Assembly (NCBI GenBank): GCA_002104945.1 | Contig: MCFH01000026.1 | Location: forward strand, 558,001 to 622,000 | Reading direction: 5' to 3' | DNA length: 64,000 nucleotides | Source of the DNA: Piromyces finnis finn | Lineage: Eukaryota > Fungi > Neocallimastigomycota | Shown here: positions 16,216 through 27,829 of the stretch, piece after piece | Layout of the letters: each line of letters begins with the position of its first letter | How positions within the stretch are numbered: position 1 is the stretch's first letter | Program-made: the position numbers and the translations under genes | Notes under the pieces: generated by a model | Seen by the model: only the letters and a program-made list of their open reading frames with translations | Databases searched by the model: none | Told to the model about the DNA's origin: nothing

Positions 16216-16236
16216 ATGGAGGTCGATCCACCTCCA
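16203..16236 (+). promoter_or_regulatory. Candidate -1 ribosomal frameshift signal of element A
   Basis: T TTA AAT in the gag frame just before the gag stop, a 7-nt spacer, then stem-loop TGGAGGT-cgatcc-ACCTCCA. The -1 frame is open to 16466. Confidence 0.7.
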
Positions 16237-17828
16237 GTAACCAAATGGGTCACTCACCATCGGAATCTACGGTCAAAAAGGATATAATTGCTATAGCTAA
16301 AAGGAAATTAGACCCTACAGATGAGGAGGAATCAGCTCAAACGAAGAGACGCAACTCGCTCACCTCCTCGAATTCTGATACTACTACTCCTCCTACATCT
16401 CCGGTGAGCTCACAACCATCTCAGGCACGCCCCCAGGCGAATCTTCCCTGTAAAATATTGTATTAATAGAATAATGTATTTAATACGTATTTAAAATAAT
16501 GTATAATGTATTAAATTAATGTACCGTAAAATTTCATAAAATTTATATCACAATACATTAACATAAATTTATGTAAATTTTATTTTTTAATTACAAAAAT
16601 TTATATCACAATACATTAACATAAATTTATGTAAAATTTAATTTTATGATAAGATAAAGTTTTTGATGATAAAATAGAATTTTAAATTAAATAAATTTTA
16701 ACCAATAAATATTTTAGATAAAAAAAAAATTTTTTTTATAAACTAAGCCTCAAAATTAGAAATAAATAAATTGAATATATGTTTGAAATATAATCAACCA
16801 TATAGTAAATAAATCAAAACTTTATTTTAAGTTTAGAAAATTCTTTAGTAAATAAATTGAATTTAAATAGTTTAATACAAATAATTTCTTTTAATAAATG
16901 TATAAATGTAAACAATGTAAAATTATAATATTAAAACATGTATATTAGAATTTATTCAATTTATTTAAAAAGTATAAATAAAGAAAATTTTTCAACTATT
17001 GAAACGATAGTTGGAAAATCGTATAGGTTAATTTTGTTTAGATAAATTAACATTAGTTTATAATTAGTTTAGTTGTTTTTTTTTAATAATAAATATTGAT
17101 TACCTAGTGAGGGCTCTGGTAAAATATCCTTCACGGTAAAGTAATCAACGGTTGTTTTAGTTTAGTTATTTTAAAATAATTTAATAAATAAAATATAAAA
17201 AATTAAAAATAATTTAAAGTGTAGTTTAGAATATTGAGTGTATACAAACCTGAACTTAGTTTAGAATATTTTACATTCCCTCTTCAAAAAATTTTTGATA
17301 AGTGTTTAATATTATCTTAATTTATAATTAAATAATTATAAAAGTGATAATATTCTTATCAATTTATATAAAAAAAAGATTTAAAATAAATTTTTATTAT
17401 AAAGTTATTTGAAATATTTTAATTCGACATAACGATTATTAACAAAATATAAAAGTTATGTTTTAAAAACACAATTTTAAAATATATTTTTGAATCAACT
17501 CTTTATTTAATACATTTATTAAAAGTATTGATTGATTTTTAAATTAGGAAATAATTACATGTATTTATAATTTTCTTTCTGTTTTAACTTTTTAAAATAA
17601 AATATTAATATGTTTTAAAATAATAATGAATAATAAATAAAAGAAACAATTTATTTTAAAGTAATTAATTTAATTAATATAACACTATTTTACTATTTAA
17701 AATGTTATTTATACTATGTTTATTTTATAACAAAAATATAATTTAAACTGAGTTTTAATAAATAATTTTTATACTTTTAATTAAACATTTAAATATTATT
17801 ATTATTTATTATTTATTTTTAAGTTGTT

Positions 17829-20705
17829 TTGAGGGTTAGTTTATATCAAGATTATAATTTCATATTTATTAATTCCAATTTATATCATTTTCAGGAAAAT
17901 AACCACAATGATGCAGCGGGCACTGTCTCGAACCCCCAGTCCCCAGGTCATGCGTTCGAATCCTCCTCGTTCCCAAACGTAAGTAGTGTTGAAATGGATT
18001 TTGAACAAACTCAGGCACCTCCAGATGTCCGTAAGTCCGAGAGCCATGTTAAATCTGTATCTTTTAAAAATGTTTCCAAGCCGAAAAGTGAAAAGAAAAG
18101 TAAAAGTCCTATTACTTCCTCTCCTAATATCGGAAGCGCACTTGTACAGCCCTTAGGCCCAAAAGAGAAAACTATACAAGTCATGAAGTTATCTCAAGGG
18201 ACAAATAGATATGATATCTGCGAAGACTTGAAAAATACTAAGGCTAATGTGACTTTCGCCCAACTCTTGGAATTATCCAACCAATCTCGTATGGATCTTG
18301 CCAACAACTTAAAGAAGGAACGTGTTCCCTCTAGCTCTATTGTTATGGGTATGGTCGAACAGGATAATAAGCCGCTGGAACTACAAGTCGTTAATAATCC
18401 TCATCACGACTATGTGTCGGGTGCCGTAAAAGACCACGACATTGCCGTAGTTCATGCCTTACTGAATGGACATAAGGCTTTTCTTTTAGTTGATTCCCGC
18501 AGTAATATTAACTTGGTTTCGAGGAAATTCTTGTTAGATAATATAAACGATTTCAAAATTGAAGGCCAAGTATACAGCAAAATTCAACAGGCTATGGCTG
18601 ATGATAACCTTCGTACCTTTGATTTGGTTGAACTCAATGTGTGTATTGGTTCTCTTACCTTTCCGGTCCTATTCCGCATTTGCGATAATGACGACGTATT
18701 TTATGATGCTTTGATTGGTTTGAAAGTTCAACATGATCAACGGATTATTGTTGATGCAGTCGATAAAACTGTTTGTGTTAAGACACGTCAAGGTACTCTG
18801 GAACCTCTCACTCCTATTATTGATATTAATTCTTTTAACTCTTTGTGCTATTACTGTTACTTATTTCCCTCTTCTGATAGGAAACCAATTGTAGCTGCTC
18901 TCAAGAACGAGCCTATTCTTAATAAGGAGGATCTAATTCTAGGTAAAGTTGAGGAATTACATAATCTTATTCCTTCATATAAGTCTGAAGAACCGATTGT
19001 TGTAGATGATTTTCAAAGTCTTCTATTTTCTTTTCGTGATGTTATTGCTTGTTCCACTGATGATCTCCAACGTTCAAAACTCCGGTCACACCACATTGAA
19101 CTTGTTGAGGGCGCTAAACCCATTAAAGCTAAAGTTCGGAAGTTGTCACAAGTTCAACTAGCTGCTCTTAAGGGTGAACTTCAAAAACTACTGGATAAAG
19201 GCCTTATTGTTCCATCCCATTCCCCTTGGGCTTCTCCCATTGTAATGGTTCCTAAGAAGCACAATAAATGGCGTCTTTGTGCAGATTATAGAAAAGTCAA
19301 TAATATTACTGTAAAGGATGCTTACTCTATTCCCAACATTAGAGAAGCTTTTGAATCCATGACTGGTGCAAGATTTTTCACGGCCTTAGATCTGTTCAGT
19401 GGATACCACCAAATTCCTATGCTACCAGAAGACCAATGTATTACAGCTATTACCACGCGTTTTGGAAATTTTGATTACGTAGTCATGCCTTTTGGTTTAA
19501 CAAACGCGCCGGCGACCTTTCAAAGAGAGATGAATCGTATCTTCTTTGACCTCCTCAATGTTTGTATTCAAGTATACCTTGATGACATAATTATTTATTC
19601 TCCTTCTTACTCACAACATCTTCGTGATATCAAAAAGGTTTTCCAGATCCTTCGCGATAATGGTTTAAAGGTCAACATTGAGAAGTGTCACTTCTGTTTA
19701 CAGGAAGTTGAAGTGTTGGGTCATGTTGTTTCTATTAATGGTCTTCTTCCTATTAAATCTAAGGTTGATAATATACTCAAACTAGATCCTCCTAAATCTG
19801 TTACTGAATTTCGTTCTTTTCTTGGAATGGTTGGTTATTATAGGGAATTTATTGATCACTTTGCTTCTATTACTGCCCCCTTAAATAAACTCCTTAGAAA
19901 AGACGCCAAGTTTATTTGGGATTCTGAGTGTAATTCGTCGTTCGTTGCTGCTAAAGAATATTTGGCCTCTGCCCCTATTCTGTGTTTTCCTCGTTATGAT
20001 ATTCCTTTCATTATCCGCTCGGACGCCAGTTTCAGTGGTATTGGCGGCGTATTATTGCAACTTTTGGAGGACGGGGTAGAGCATCCTATAAAGTATGCTA
20101 GTCGTGCACTAAAGAAAGCTGAATTAAACTACCCTATTACTGAACTGGAAGGTACCGCTGCTCATTATTGCCTGATGGAATTTCGTCATTATGTCCTAGG
20201 AAATCCGTACAAAACTATTTTATATACGGACCACCTTCCGCTAGTTGCTATCATTAATAAAAATGAACCTCAAACTTCAAAACACGCTCGCTGGGTTAAT
20301 GACTTTAGCCAAAACATGGTAGAAGTAAGATATCAACCTGGAAAAGCGAATATTTTAGCTGACGCATTATCCCGGATGTCATTAAAAGAGGATAACAGTC
20401 AGGAAGCGAACGCAAATGCAATAGTTAGTACACTAAATGATACCAACCTTGAGTCAGAAAATAATGAAAGCGAAAGTGATGAAGAAGAATCTTTATTATC
20501 TCGGAAACAGAGAAAACAAGTTGTAGAAGAACCTACTAAGATGCCTGAATTAATGTCAGAAGAAGAAAACGAGGAAAATGATAAATATATCTCAGAGGTT
20601 ATGAAAAACTTTCTAAAAGAAAGAGTAATAAGAATAAATAATCCGTTATATTTCAGGGATAACGATAACTTAAGAAAGATTGTTGACGAACCCTTGGAAA
20701 ACTAA
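17829..20705 (+). CDS. pol: Pol of element A: protease-RT-RNase H, no integrase
   Basis: LLVDSRSNINLV (protease site with DSR instead of DSG), WRLCADYRKVN, MPFGLTNAPATFQ, YLDD, IIRSDAS, YPITELE. The ORF stops where the integrase zinc finger should begin. Confidence 0.9.
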   Translation: MRVSLYQDYNFIFINSNLYHFQENNHNDAAGTVSNPQSPGHAFESSSFPNVSSVEMDFEQTQAPPDVRKSESHVKSVSFKNVSKPKSEKKSKSPITSSPNIGSALVQPLGPKEKTIQVMKLSQGTNRYDICEDLKNTKANVTFAQLLELSNQSRMDLANNLKKERVPSSSIVMGMVEQDNKPLELQVVNNPHHDYVSGAVKDHDIAVVHALLNGHKAFLLVDSRSNINLVSRKFLLDNINDFKIEGQVYSKIQQAMADDNLRTFDLVELNVCIGSLTFPVLFRICDNDDVFYDALIGLKVQHDQRIIVDAVDKTVCVKTRQGTLEPLTPIIDINSFNSLCYYCYLFPSSDRKPIVAALKNEPILNKEDLILGKVEELHNLIPSYKSEEPIVVDDFQSLLFSFRDVIACSTDDLQRSKLRSHHIELVEGAKPIKAKVRKLSQVQLAALKGELQKLLDKGLIVPSHSPWASPIVMVPKKHNKWRLCADYRKVNNITVKDAYSIPNIREAFESMTGARFFTALDLFSGYHQIPMLPEDQCITAITTRFGNFDYVVMPFGLTNAPATFQREMNRIFFDLLNVCIQVYLDDIIIYSPSYSQHLRDIKKVFQILRDNGLKVNIEKCHFCLQEVEVLGHVVSINGLLPIKSKVDNILKLDPPKSVTEFRSFLGMVGYYREFIDHFASITAPLNKLLRKDAKFIWDSECNSSFVAAKEYLASAPILCFPRYDIPFIIRSDASFSGIGGVLLQLLEDGVEHPIKYASRALKKAELNYPITELEGTAAHYCLMEFRHYVLGNPYKTILYTDHLPLVAIINKNEPQTSKHARWVNDFSQNMVEVRYQPGKANILADALSRMSLKEDNSQEANANAIVSTLNDTNLESENNESESDEEESLLSRKQRKQVVEEPTKMPELMSEEENEENDKYISEVMKNFLKERVIRINNPLYFRDNDNLRKIVDEPLEN

Positions 20706-21110
20706 ATTTCTAAAATTAAAAAAAATTGAAAAAAAAATAATTAATTTGAAATTTCGAAATTGAAATTGAAAAAGTCAAAAAGGGATTTCGAATTTCGAAA
20801 AGTCGATTAACTCCTGTTCGACCTTGCTAAACCTCGAGTAGCCTACCGTAGATTATTGAGAATAATAATAAATAATAATTATAATAATAGTAAATAATAA
20901 TAATAATAACAATAATAATTAGTTTAATTAGTAATTAGTATATATAAATAATCATAATAATAATTAAAAAAAAAAAAAAAAAAAATTTATTAGTATTTTT
21001 TTTCAATTTTTTTTAATTTTAGAAATTTAGTTTTATAACCAGAAAAATTAATATTATAACCAGATACGCTCAGTAAAAATTTTGTATCTTAAATTATACT
21101 TCGCTCTCCT

Positions 21111-21126
21111 ATAGCGAGGGGATTTT
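21111..21126 (+). promoter_or_regulatory. Polypurine tract of element A
   Basis: atagcgaggggatttt immediately before the 3' LTR. Confidence 0.7.
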
Positions 21127-21545
21127 TGATATAAAAATAATATGTGACTTGAACATATTATTATATTAGTAATTTTTCCTAATATTAAATTTATATAGAT
21201 TTATTATAATATTAATTATTTCTACAATGTATAAGAATATAATGTAAATGTACGACAAATGTAATATCATGTAATGTAAAAGAGTATTGTAAATGAATGA
21301 TCCATATAGTTCCAGCCTTATAATTGGACAATTAATTATTAAGTAAGCCTCATTAGTATAAATAGACTAGAATAAATATTATTAAAAAGGGCTTCTTGTT
21401 TTAGTTAGAATTTTAATATTTGACAACGACAGAACGTTTTAGTATTTAGACAGAATAGAAATATTGGAACGTTATAAATAAAATTATTAATAAAATATAT
21501 ATTAATTAAAGTTTAATTCTTTCTACATAAAATTAACCCGTATCA
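21127..21545 (+). repeat. 3' LTR of element A
   Basis: 418/419 identical to 13727-14145. Confidence 0.95.
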
Positions 21546-21961
21546 AGTAGTGAGTCATAAACACTTTTGTTTTTTATTTTAATTTTACTTTATGTAGGAA
21601 AAAAAAAGTTTAATATAAATAAAATTTCATATAAAAACTTAACATTTTCTTTTATCTTTTTTTTTTTTTAAAAATATAAAAAAAAATATAAAAAAAAATA
21701 AAATAAAAAAATAAAATAAAAAATAAAAAATAAAATAAAATAAAAAATAAAAATAAAAAATAAAATAATAATAATAATAAATTAATATAAAAAATAAAAA
21801 TAAAAATAAAAATAAAAAATAAAATAAAAAATTATACTAAAAGTAAAATAAAATAAAATATTATAAAGCAACTATTTAAAATATAAATAAAATAAATTAT
21901 AAAAATTATATAAACACTTAAAAAATATTTCAGATTAAATAATAATTTAATAGTATTAAAA

Positions 21962-22744
21962 ATGGTTTTTAAAAATCTTAAAGAACGTCTTATTAAAAAT
22001 TTTATAAAAAAAGCTTTTATTGATTTTAGAATTGAAAAAATTACTGAAGAAGAAAAAAATAAGATTTTGAATAAGGTTGAAAATGCAACAAGCTTAACAG
22101 ACGAACAAAAAAACAAGTATTACAAAGAATATTTTGAAGAAAACTTGGAAAATGAAACAAAGTCTGAAATGGAAAAAATGAAAGCTGGTTTACCATATAC
22201 CTCTATGGTTCCAGATCTTATTTATGACCGTCTTCAGTGTAAGGATTTCCTTGATAGATACAATAGTACTAAAGGAGCTGATGGAATTAAAAGAAGTAAA
22301 ATGCTTCCTCAATTATTTAAGCATACTGGTAAAGGTGTCTTTGTTGAACGTCCTATTACCTGTGAATATGGTTACAATATTAGTATGGGTGATGACTGTT
22401 TCATGAACTATGACTGTATAATTTTAGATAATGCCGAAGTAACCATTGGTAAGCATTGTCTCTTTGGTCCAAGATGTCAACTTATTACAGCTACTCATCC
22501 AATTGAATACCAAGAAAGAAGTGGATTATGTTTTGATATTGCTAAACCTATTCGTATTGGTAATGAATGTTTCTTTGGAGCTAATGTTACTGTTGTACCA
22601 GGTGTTACCATTGGTGATAATGTTGTTGTTGGAGCTGGTAGTGTAGTCACAAAGGATATTCCATCTAACACTGTTGTATGTGGAAATCCAGCTAAACCAA
22701 TAAGACAACTTAAACCATATGTCCCAAACGACAATGAAGAATAA
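21962..22744 (+). CDS. maa: Maltose/galactoside O-acetyltransferase (hexapeptide-repeat family)
   Basis: EMEKMKAGLPY (Mac domain), VERPITCEYGYNISMG, ILDNAEVTIGKHCLFGPRCQLITATHP and VVGAGSVVTKDIPSNTVVCGNPAKPIR. Intronless, with a lysine/glutamate-rich N-terminal extension of about 65 aa. Confidence 0.9.
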   Translation: MVFKNLKERLIKNFIKKAFIDFRIEKITEEEKNKILNKVENATSLTDEQKNKYYKEYFEENLENETKSEMEKMKAGLPYTSMVPDLIYDRLQCKDFLDRYNSTKGADGIKRSKMLPQLFKHTGKGVFVERPITCEYGYNISMGDDCFMNYDCIILDNAEVTIGKHCLFGPRCQLITATHPIEYQERSGLCFDIAKPIRIGNECFFGANVTVVPGVTIGDNVVVGAGSVVTKDIPSNTVVCGNPAKPIRQLKPYVPNDNEE

Positions 22745-24010
22745 ATATTATTATATTTATAAACTAAACCTGAAATAAAAAGTTATTATTAAATATAATG
22801 TTGATATCTTTTAAGATACAAATAAAACAACTATTATATTCAAAATAATATAAATATATATATTTTACATATAATATTTATTGTTAGAAATAAAGTTTAA
22901 TTGTGATAGCACAAAAAAATTTTAACTAAAATTTACATAATTTACATATTGTAAATAATTGATATGATTAAATAATGTAGTGTGTAACAATAATGTATTT
23001 ATGTAGTAATATGTAGTAATATGTATGTATTAATGTAAATATTTAACATAATTTAATAAATAAAATTAATTAAAACACCATAATTTTAAAAAAAAAGTTT
23101 TTTTTATTCTCGCAGTCTATTGTATTCCTCAGGGACATGTACCTCTACTCGCAATGGAGTTCCTGAAGGGAGTGACTACACTTTGGTATTAGTCTTAAGT
23201 AGTCACAAAATCCAGAATTCTAGATTTTGTGACTCATTGGATGTGCTGATTTTATGTTTAAATGTATTTATATTGGTATAGAATGAAATAATAAAAAAAA
23301 ATTAAGTTTAGCATAGTTAAATATATATCATATTTAATGTTTTTATTTTTATTCTTTTTAATATAATTTGTTAATAAAAATACATGTTATATTACTTTTG
23401 ATAAAGTATTATGTTATAAATTAAATATATAAAAGAAAATTGTAATAGAAGAATAAAATATAAAACTGAAACTTTTATTAATTAAAATATTAAACAAATA
23501 ATTTAATAATAAAATAAATAAATAGATTAATTATTATTATTATTTAGATAGTATAAAACAGCAATTATTTATAAAGATATAACACTATTAAAATATCATT
23601 TTAAATATTTATTTAAATTGTGTAAGTTATAAAGAAAAGTTATGTCACCGTTTTTACCATAAATAATATTATTATTAATAATGAATTAATTAAATTAAAA
23701 TAAATTCTTTAATTCGGACTATTCATTAAATTAAAATTTTATTAAAAACAATTGGTAATAAAAATATTTTTATATTTTTATTAAAAAAAATTTAATAATA
23801 ACTTTTAAAATATTTTATAGTCTAAATTAAAATATGGTAGAAAAGTGGGATTATAAACTAAATTCATTATTTATATTTATAAACATTAAAAATATTAATA
23901 TATTGATAATATATAATGGTTTATATTTATTTTATTAAATATCAAACATAAGAATATTTATATAATATAGATTTAATTAAGTTTCAACATTTATATTATT
24001 ATAAAATAAA

Positions 24011-24545
24011 ATGAAAGATATTATTCTGGTAATATTTACATATATAACTATTATGTTATTTTTTTATGATGGATATGCTCCTACTATAAGTATTGAATCT
24101 AATGACATTCCAGATAAACTTATTAATCATTATGATTATGACAACGAAAATATCTTATTGAAAATAAAATAAAAGAAGGTTATTATAATTTATTGTAAAT
24201 ATGATATGTGTACTTTTTTTTAAAGAATGTCAAAATAAACCTTTTATTGAATTTAATAATAATATAATGGTACTATATATAGATATATATTAGGTGAATA
24301 TGGAAATAATTACAATACATCCTATTTTAATTGTACTTAAACTATTAATAATGAAAATAGTCATGTTTATATTAGTTGTAAAGCAGATAATCAATGCTTT
24401 TCAAATAAATGTATTAATAATATTTGTATAAATAATGAAGAAACTAATATTGAATGTTATGATACTTTACAAAACTTGATAGTATTTCATCAAAGCTTAA
24501 ACATTATACTCATTGTGGACATTTTCCTTTTTGCCCCTTGTATAA
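24011..24545 (+). pseudogene. Remnant of a small secreted Cys-rich protein
   Basis: MKDIILVIFTYITIMLFF... then a stop. A later frame reads SCKADNQCFSNKCINNICINNEETNIECYD. This resembles a Cys-rich family I recall from gut-fungal genomes; not verified. Confidence 0.45.
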
Positions 24546-26559
24546 AATTTTAAAACTTAATTTCAAAATTTTATTTTATAAATTCAAGCATTATTTTTTT
24601 TATATTTTATAGTAATAATATATAATAATTAACATTTATAACTAATTATTTTATATAATATTATTAATATTTTTAATATTTATCAATAATTTAAATATTT
24701 TATTTATTATATTTATTACGATAATAATACCACTTATTATAATAAATTTTGCTAATTGAATCATTACTAAATTAAATCCATTACTATCAGAAGGTTCATA
24801 ACCTCTCTACTATTACTATATTCTTTTTCATTACAACTATTAAACGAACATTTTTCATCTTTTATAATTTAGTTATTGCTTATTCAAGTGTATTCTTAAA
24901 ACTTTTTTTATTAATTTTTAATATATTAGTGTGAAAATAAAATTTATTAAAAAATTAACTTTTTAACTTTTATGTAGATAAATATTTAGTTTTAGATAAT
25001 TTCCCCAAAGATGCATATTTACATGCTAGTTTTACATGTACTAAATGTATATATGCAATGATAGAAACGAGTATATATTTTTTAGAGATGGTTTACTTTA
25101 TTGTTGTTATAGAGATAAAATGGTAATTTATGTTTTTCAATAATGGGTAGAACAAATCCTGATGGATAGGCACTTTGAGGATGATTTCCAGGTTTAATAT
25201 AATGATACCTGGAAATTGCTATTTTACAAGTAATGAAAGTGAAACAATTATTGAGAATTTTACTGGGTATATAAGAACAAAATTTTATGATATTGATTAT
25301 AATTATAATTGTGCTTTACTGTATTTGGTGTAGTTTTATGTATGGTATTGAAAATAGATGGATGAGTAGGTATTCTGATGTTAATAATATTAATTAAATA
25401 AATGGTAGTGGAATATATGACATAATAGGTTATTGAATTAATTATGATTCTATATTTGATAATATAATTAGTGGAATGATTAATATTACAAAACTAGCCG
25501 TAAATGGTTGGGGGGAAAAACTCAAAAAATTAGACATATATGAACAATTAATGAATGATATTAGATATTTAGATATAAGAGCTTTAACTGGTAAATATAT
25601 TAGTATGTTTATTACTCATAATGATTTTTATTGTATCAATAAAAAAAAACAGATGATTTATTTTTTTTTATATGGTATATTTAATAAAGCTATTGATTTT
25701 TTACATCTTAATCTAACTGAAAAAATTATTATTCATTTAAAGGAAGAAGAAATAAATGACAATCTAAAAGAAAATAAATTATATAAAGCAATTGCTGATA
25801 TTAGTGTAAATAATAATTCTAAAATATATATTGATTTACATTTTTATATACAAACATTAATATTAGAAGATGAGTGTAATTGTATTATCATAACACATGA
25901 AATTAGTTAGTAATTTTATATGTTGCGTATTATATGAAGAGGTATCTGCATTCACAATTATTATCAGCTGCATTAAAATATTTTTTTACGTAATTAAAAA
26001 TTAATAGGCATTGAATTAACATATACCAAATACATAGACCGTTCTTTATCAATGTATTCATTATAAAAAAGATTGTGCAACTCTAACCCTATACCTTCTA
26101 TATAATATTCATTACCTATAGCAAAGAAGCTTTAACAACACCTTTAGCCCCGATAATACAACATTATTTAATTATTTTTTTTAATATTTTTATTATCTAA
26201 ATTAACAAAATTGATATCAAGTAGATAATATTTGTCAAATTCTTCAATTTCAAATTTCTGTTAGAAACTACTTTTATCATTATCAGTATAATTATCATAT
26301 TCATTATTGGTATCATTAATATTATTATCATTATTAATGTTATTTATATTATTATCAATGTTATTATTTGTATCAATTCATTTTCATCATTATAATTATT
26401 GTAATTATCATCGTTATCATTATCATTATTAACATTTTTATTATGTTCATTAATTCCTGGTTTAAAAACGCACAGCATATCTGAATCAACTATATAATCA
26501 ATTTTATGATCATCAAATCAATCAAAAATTTATGTAGGAAGTTGAATAATTTAATGTAA

Positions 26560-27155
26560 AGATCTTCAAAGATTTAGAGATGATTCCTATGTAAACAATA
26601 TATTATTGGTTTCTTCCAAATAATTTTTTACAGATTCAAAAAAAGTTTTTGGATGAATTTTTAAATTAAATACGGTAGGATGACAAAAATAAAAACGAAG
26701 TATAAATCCATTATACAAAACATTTAAAACTACATTACATCATATCCTGTATTCCATTTGACTTACTATTTTCTTCCTTAACCTGTTTTGATGGTTACTG
26801 TTGATAGATTCTCAAAGATGATTCATCTAATTTCTTTTAAGAAAATACTCGATGCTAAACAAACAGCTACTACTTTTATTAAAAGTATATTCAAACTTCA
26901 TGGATTACCTTTTGATATTATTTATACTGATCGTGGTTCACAGTTTACTAGTGATCTTTAGAATAATTTAATGGAAATAACAAATGATCAAAAACATCTT
27001 ATAATAGCAGATACAAATGGTGTCTTTTTACTAAATTTATATGGAAGAACTTCACAGTTTACTAGTGATCTTTGGAATAATTTAATGGAAGAACTTAAAG
27101 CTTTAAAACTAAAATTGCTACCACTGATCATCATGAAACATTCGGGCAAGTTTTA
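26560..27155 (+). pseudogene. Ty3/gypsy integrase fragment
   Basis: LMVTVDRFSKMIHLISFKK...FKLHGLPFDII.TDRGSQFTSDL, the rve core D..D35E region. No LTRs nearby; carries a 74-bp insert between 40-bp duplications. Confidence 0.8.
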
Positions 27156-27829
27156 AGATGTATTTCTTTTATTGAATAATATCTCCGTTGTTATTCAAAG
27201 AGAATAAAAGAGAGAAAAAGAGAAAGGGAAAGAATGAATAACAACGAAAAAACAAGATTATTACAATATAAATTTTTTTCAATTGAACTCATCACTAATT
27301 TAAAAATTGAAATTTCAAAAATTTTTATATACATTATATTCCCAACTATAAATTATATTATGAATGTTAAAAATTATTATTGTATTTATTAGTATTTTTA
27401 TTGAAATTTGAAATAATATTCTTAATTATAAAATTATTATGGTATTAATGATACTTTTATGATATCAATAATATACGGTATTAGATTATATTTATTTTAT
27501 TTTTATTTTTTTTAACGACATCAAATATTTTTAAACTTTATTAAAATTATATATAAAATTAAAAATAATATAAAAATTAAACACAAATGAATAAAAATTG
27601 GGTATAATGTATCCGAGTTATTTTTAATTTTTATATATTTTAAATTATTTATTTCTTATTGTTATCGAAAGTTTTTTTAATTACTATTATATTATTTTTA
27701 TTGTATTATAATAATAACAACATTTTTACTCTATATAAAATATTTAAAATTTTATATTATTTTTTTTTTTTTATTTTTTGTAAAATGAATATATATATAT
27801 TCTCATTTTTTTCTCTTTTCATAATTAAT

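Larger units (their letters stand above)
13727..21545 (+). mobile_element. Ty3/gypsy LTR retrotransposon A (integrase-less, recent)
   Basis: 419-bp LTRs (13727-14145, 21127-21545), TGATA...TATCA, with 1 mismatch. 4-bp TSD AGTA. PBS, gag, PR-RT-RNaseH and PPT present. Confidence 0.95.

Noticed and set aside
25080-26170. ORF 25476-25910 and a minus-strand IIGAKGVVKASLL P-loop-like string near 26130-26165
   Set aside because: It looks like decayed coding sequence, but no family motif could be supported; stops are frequent.
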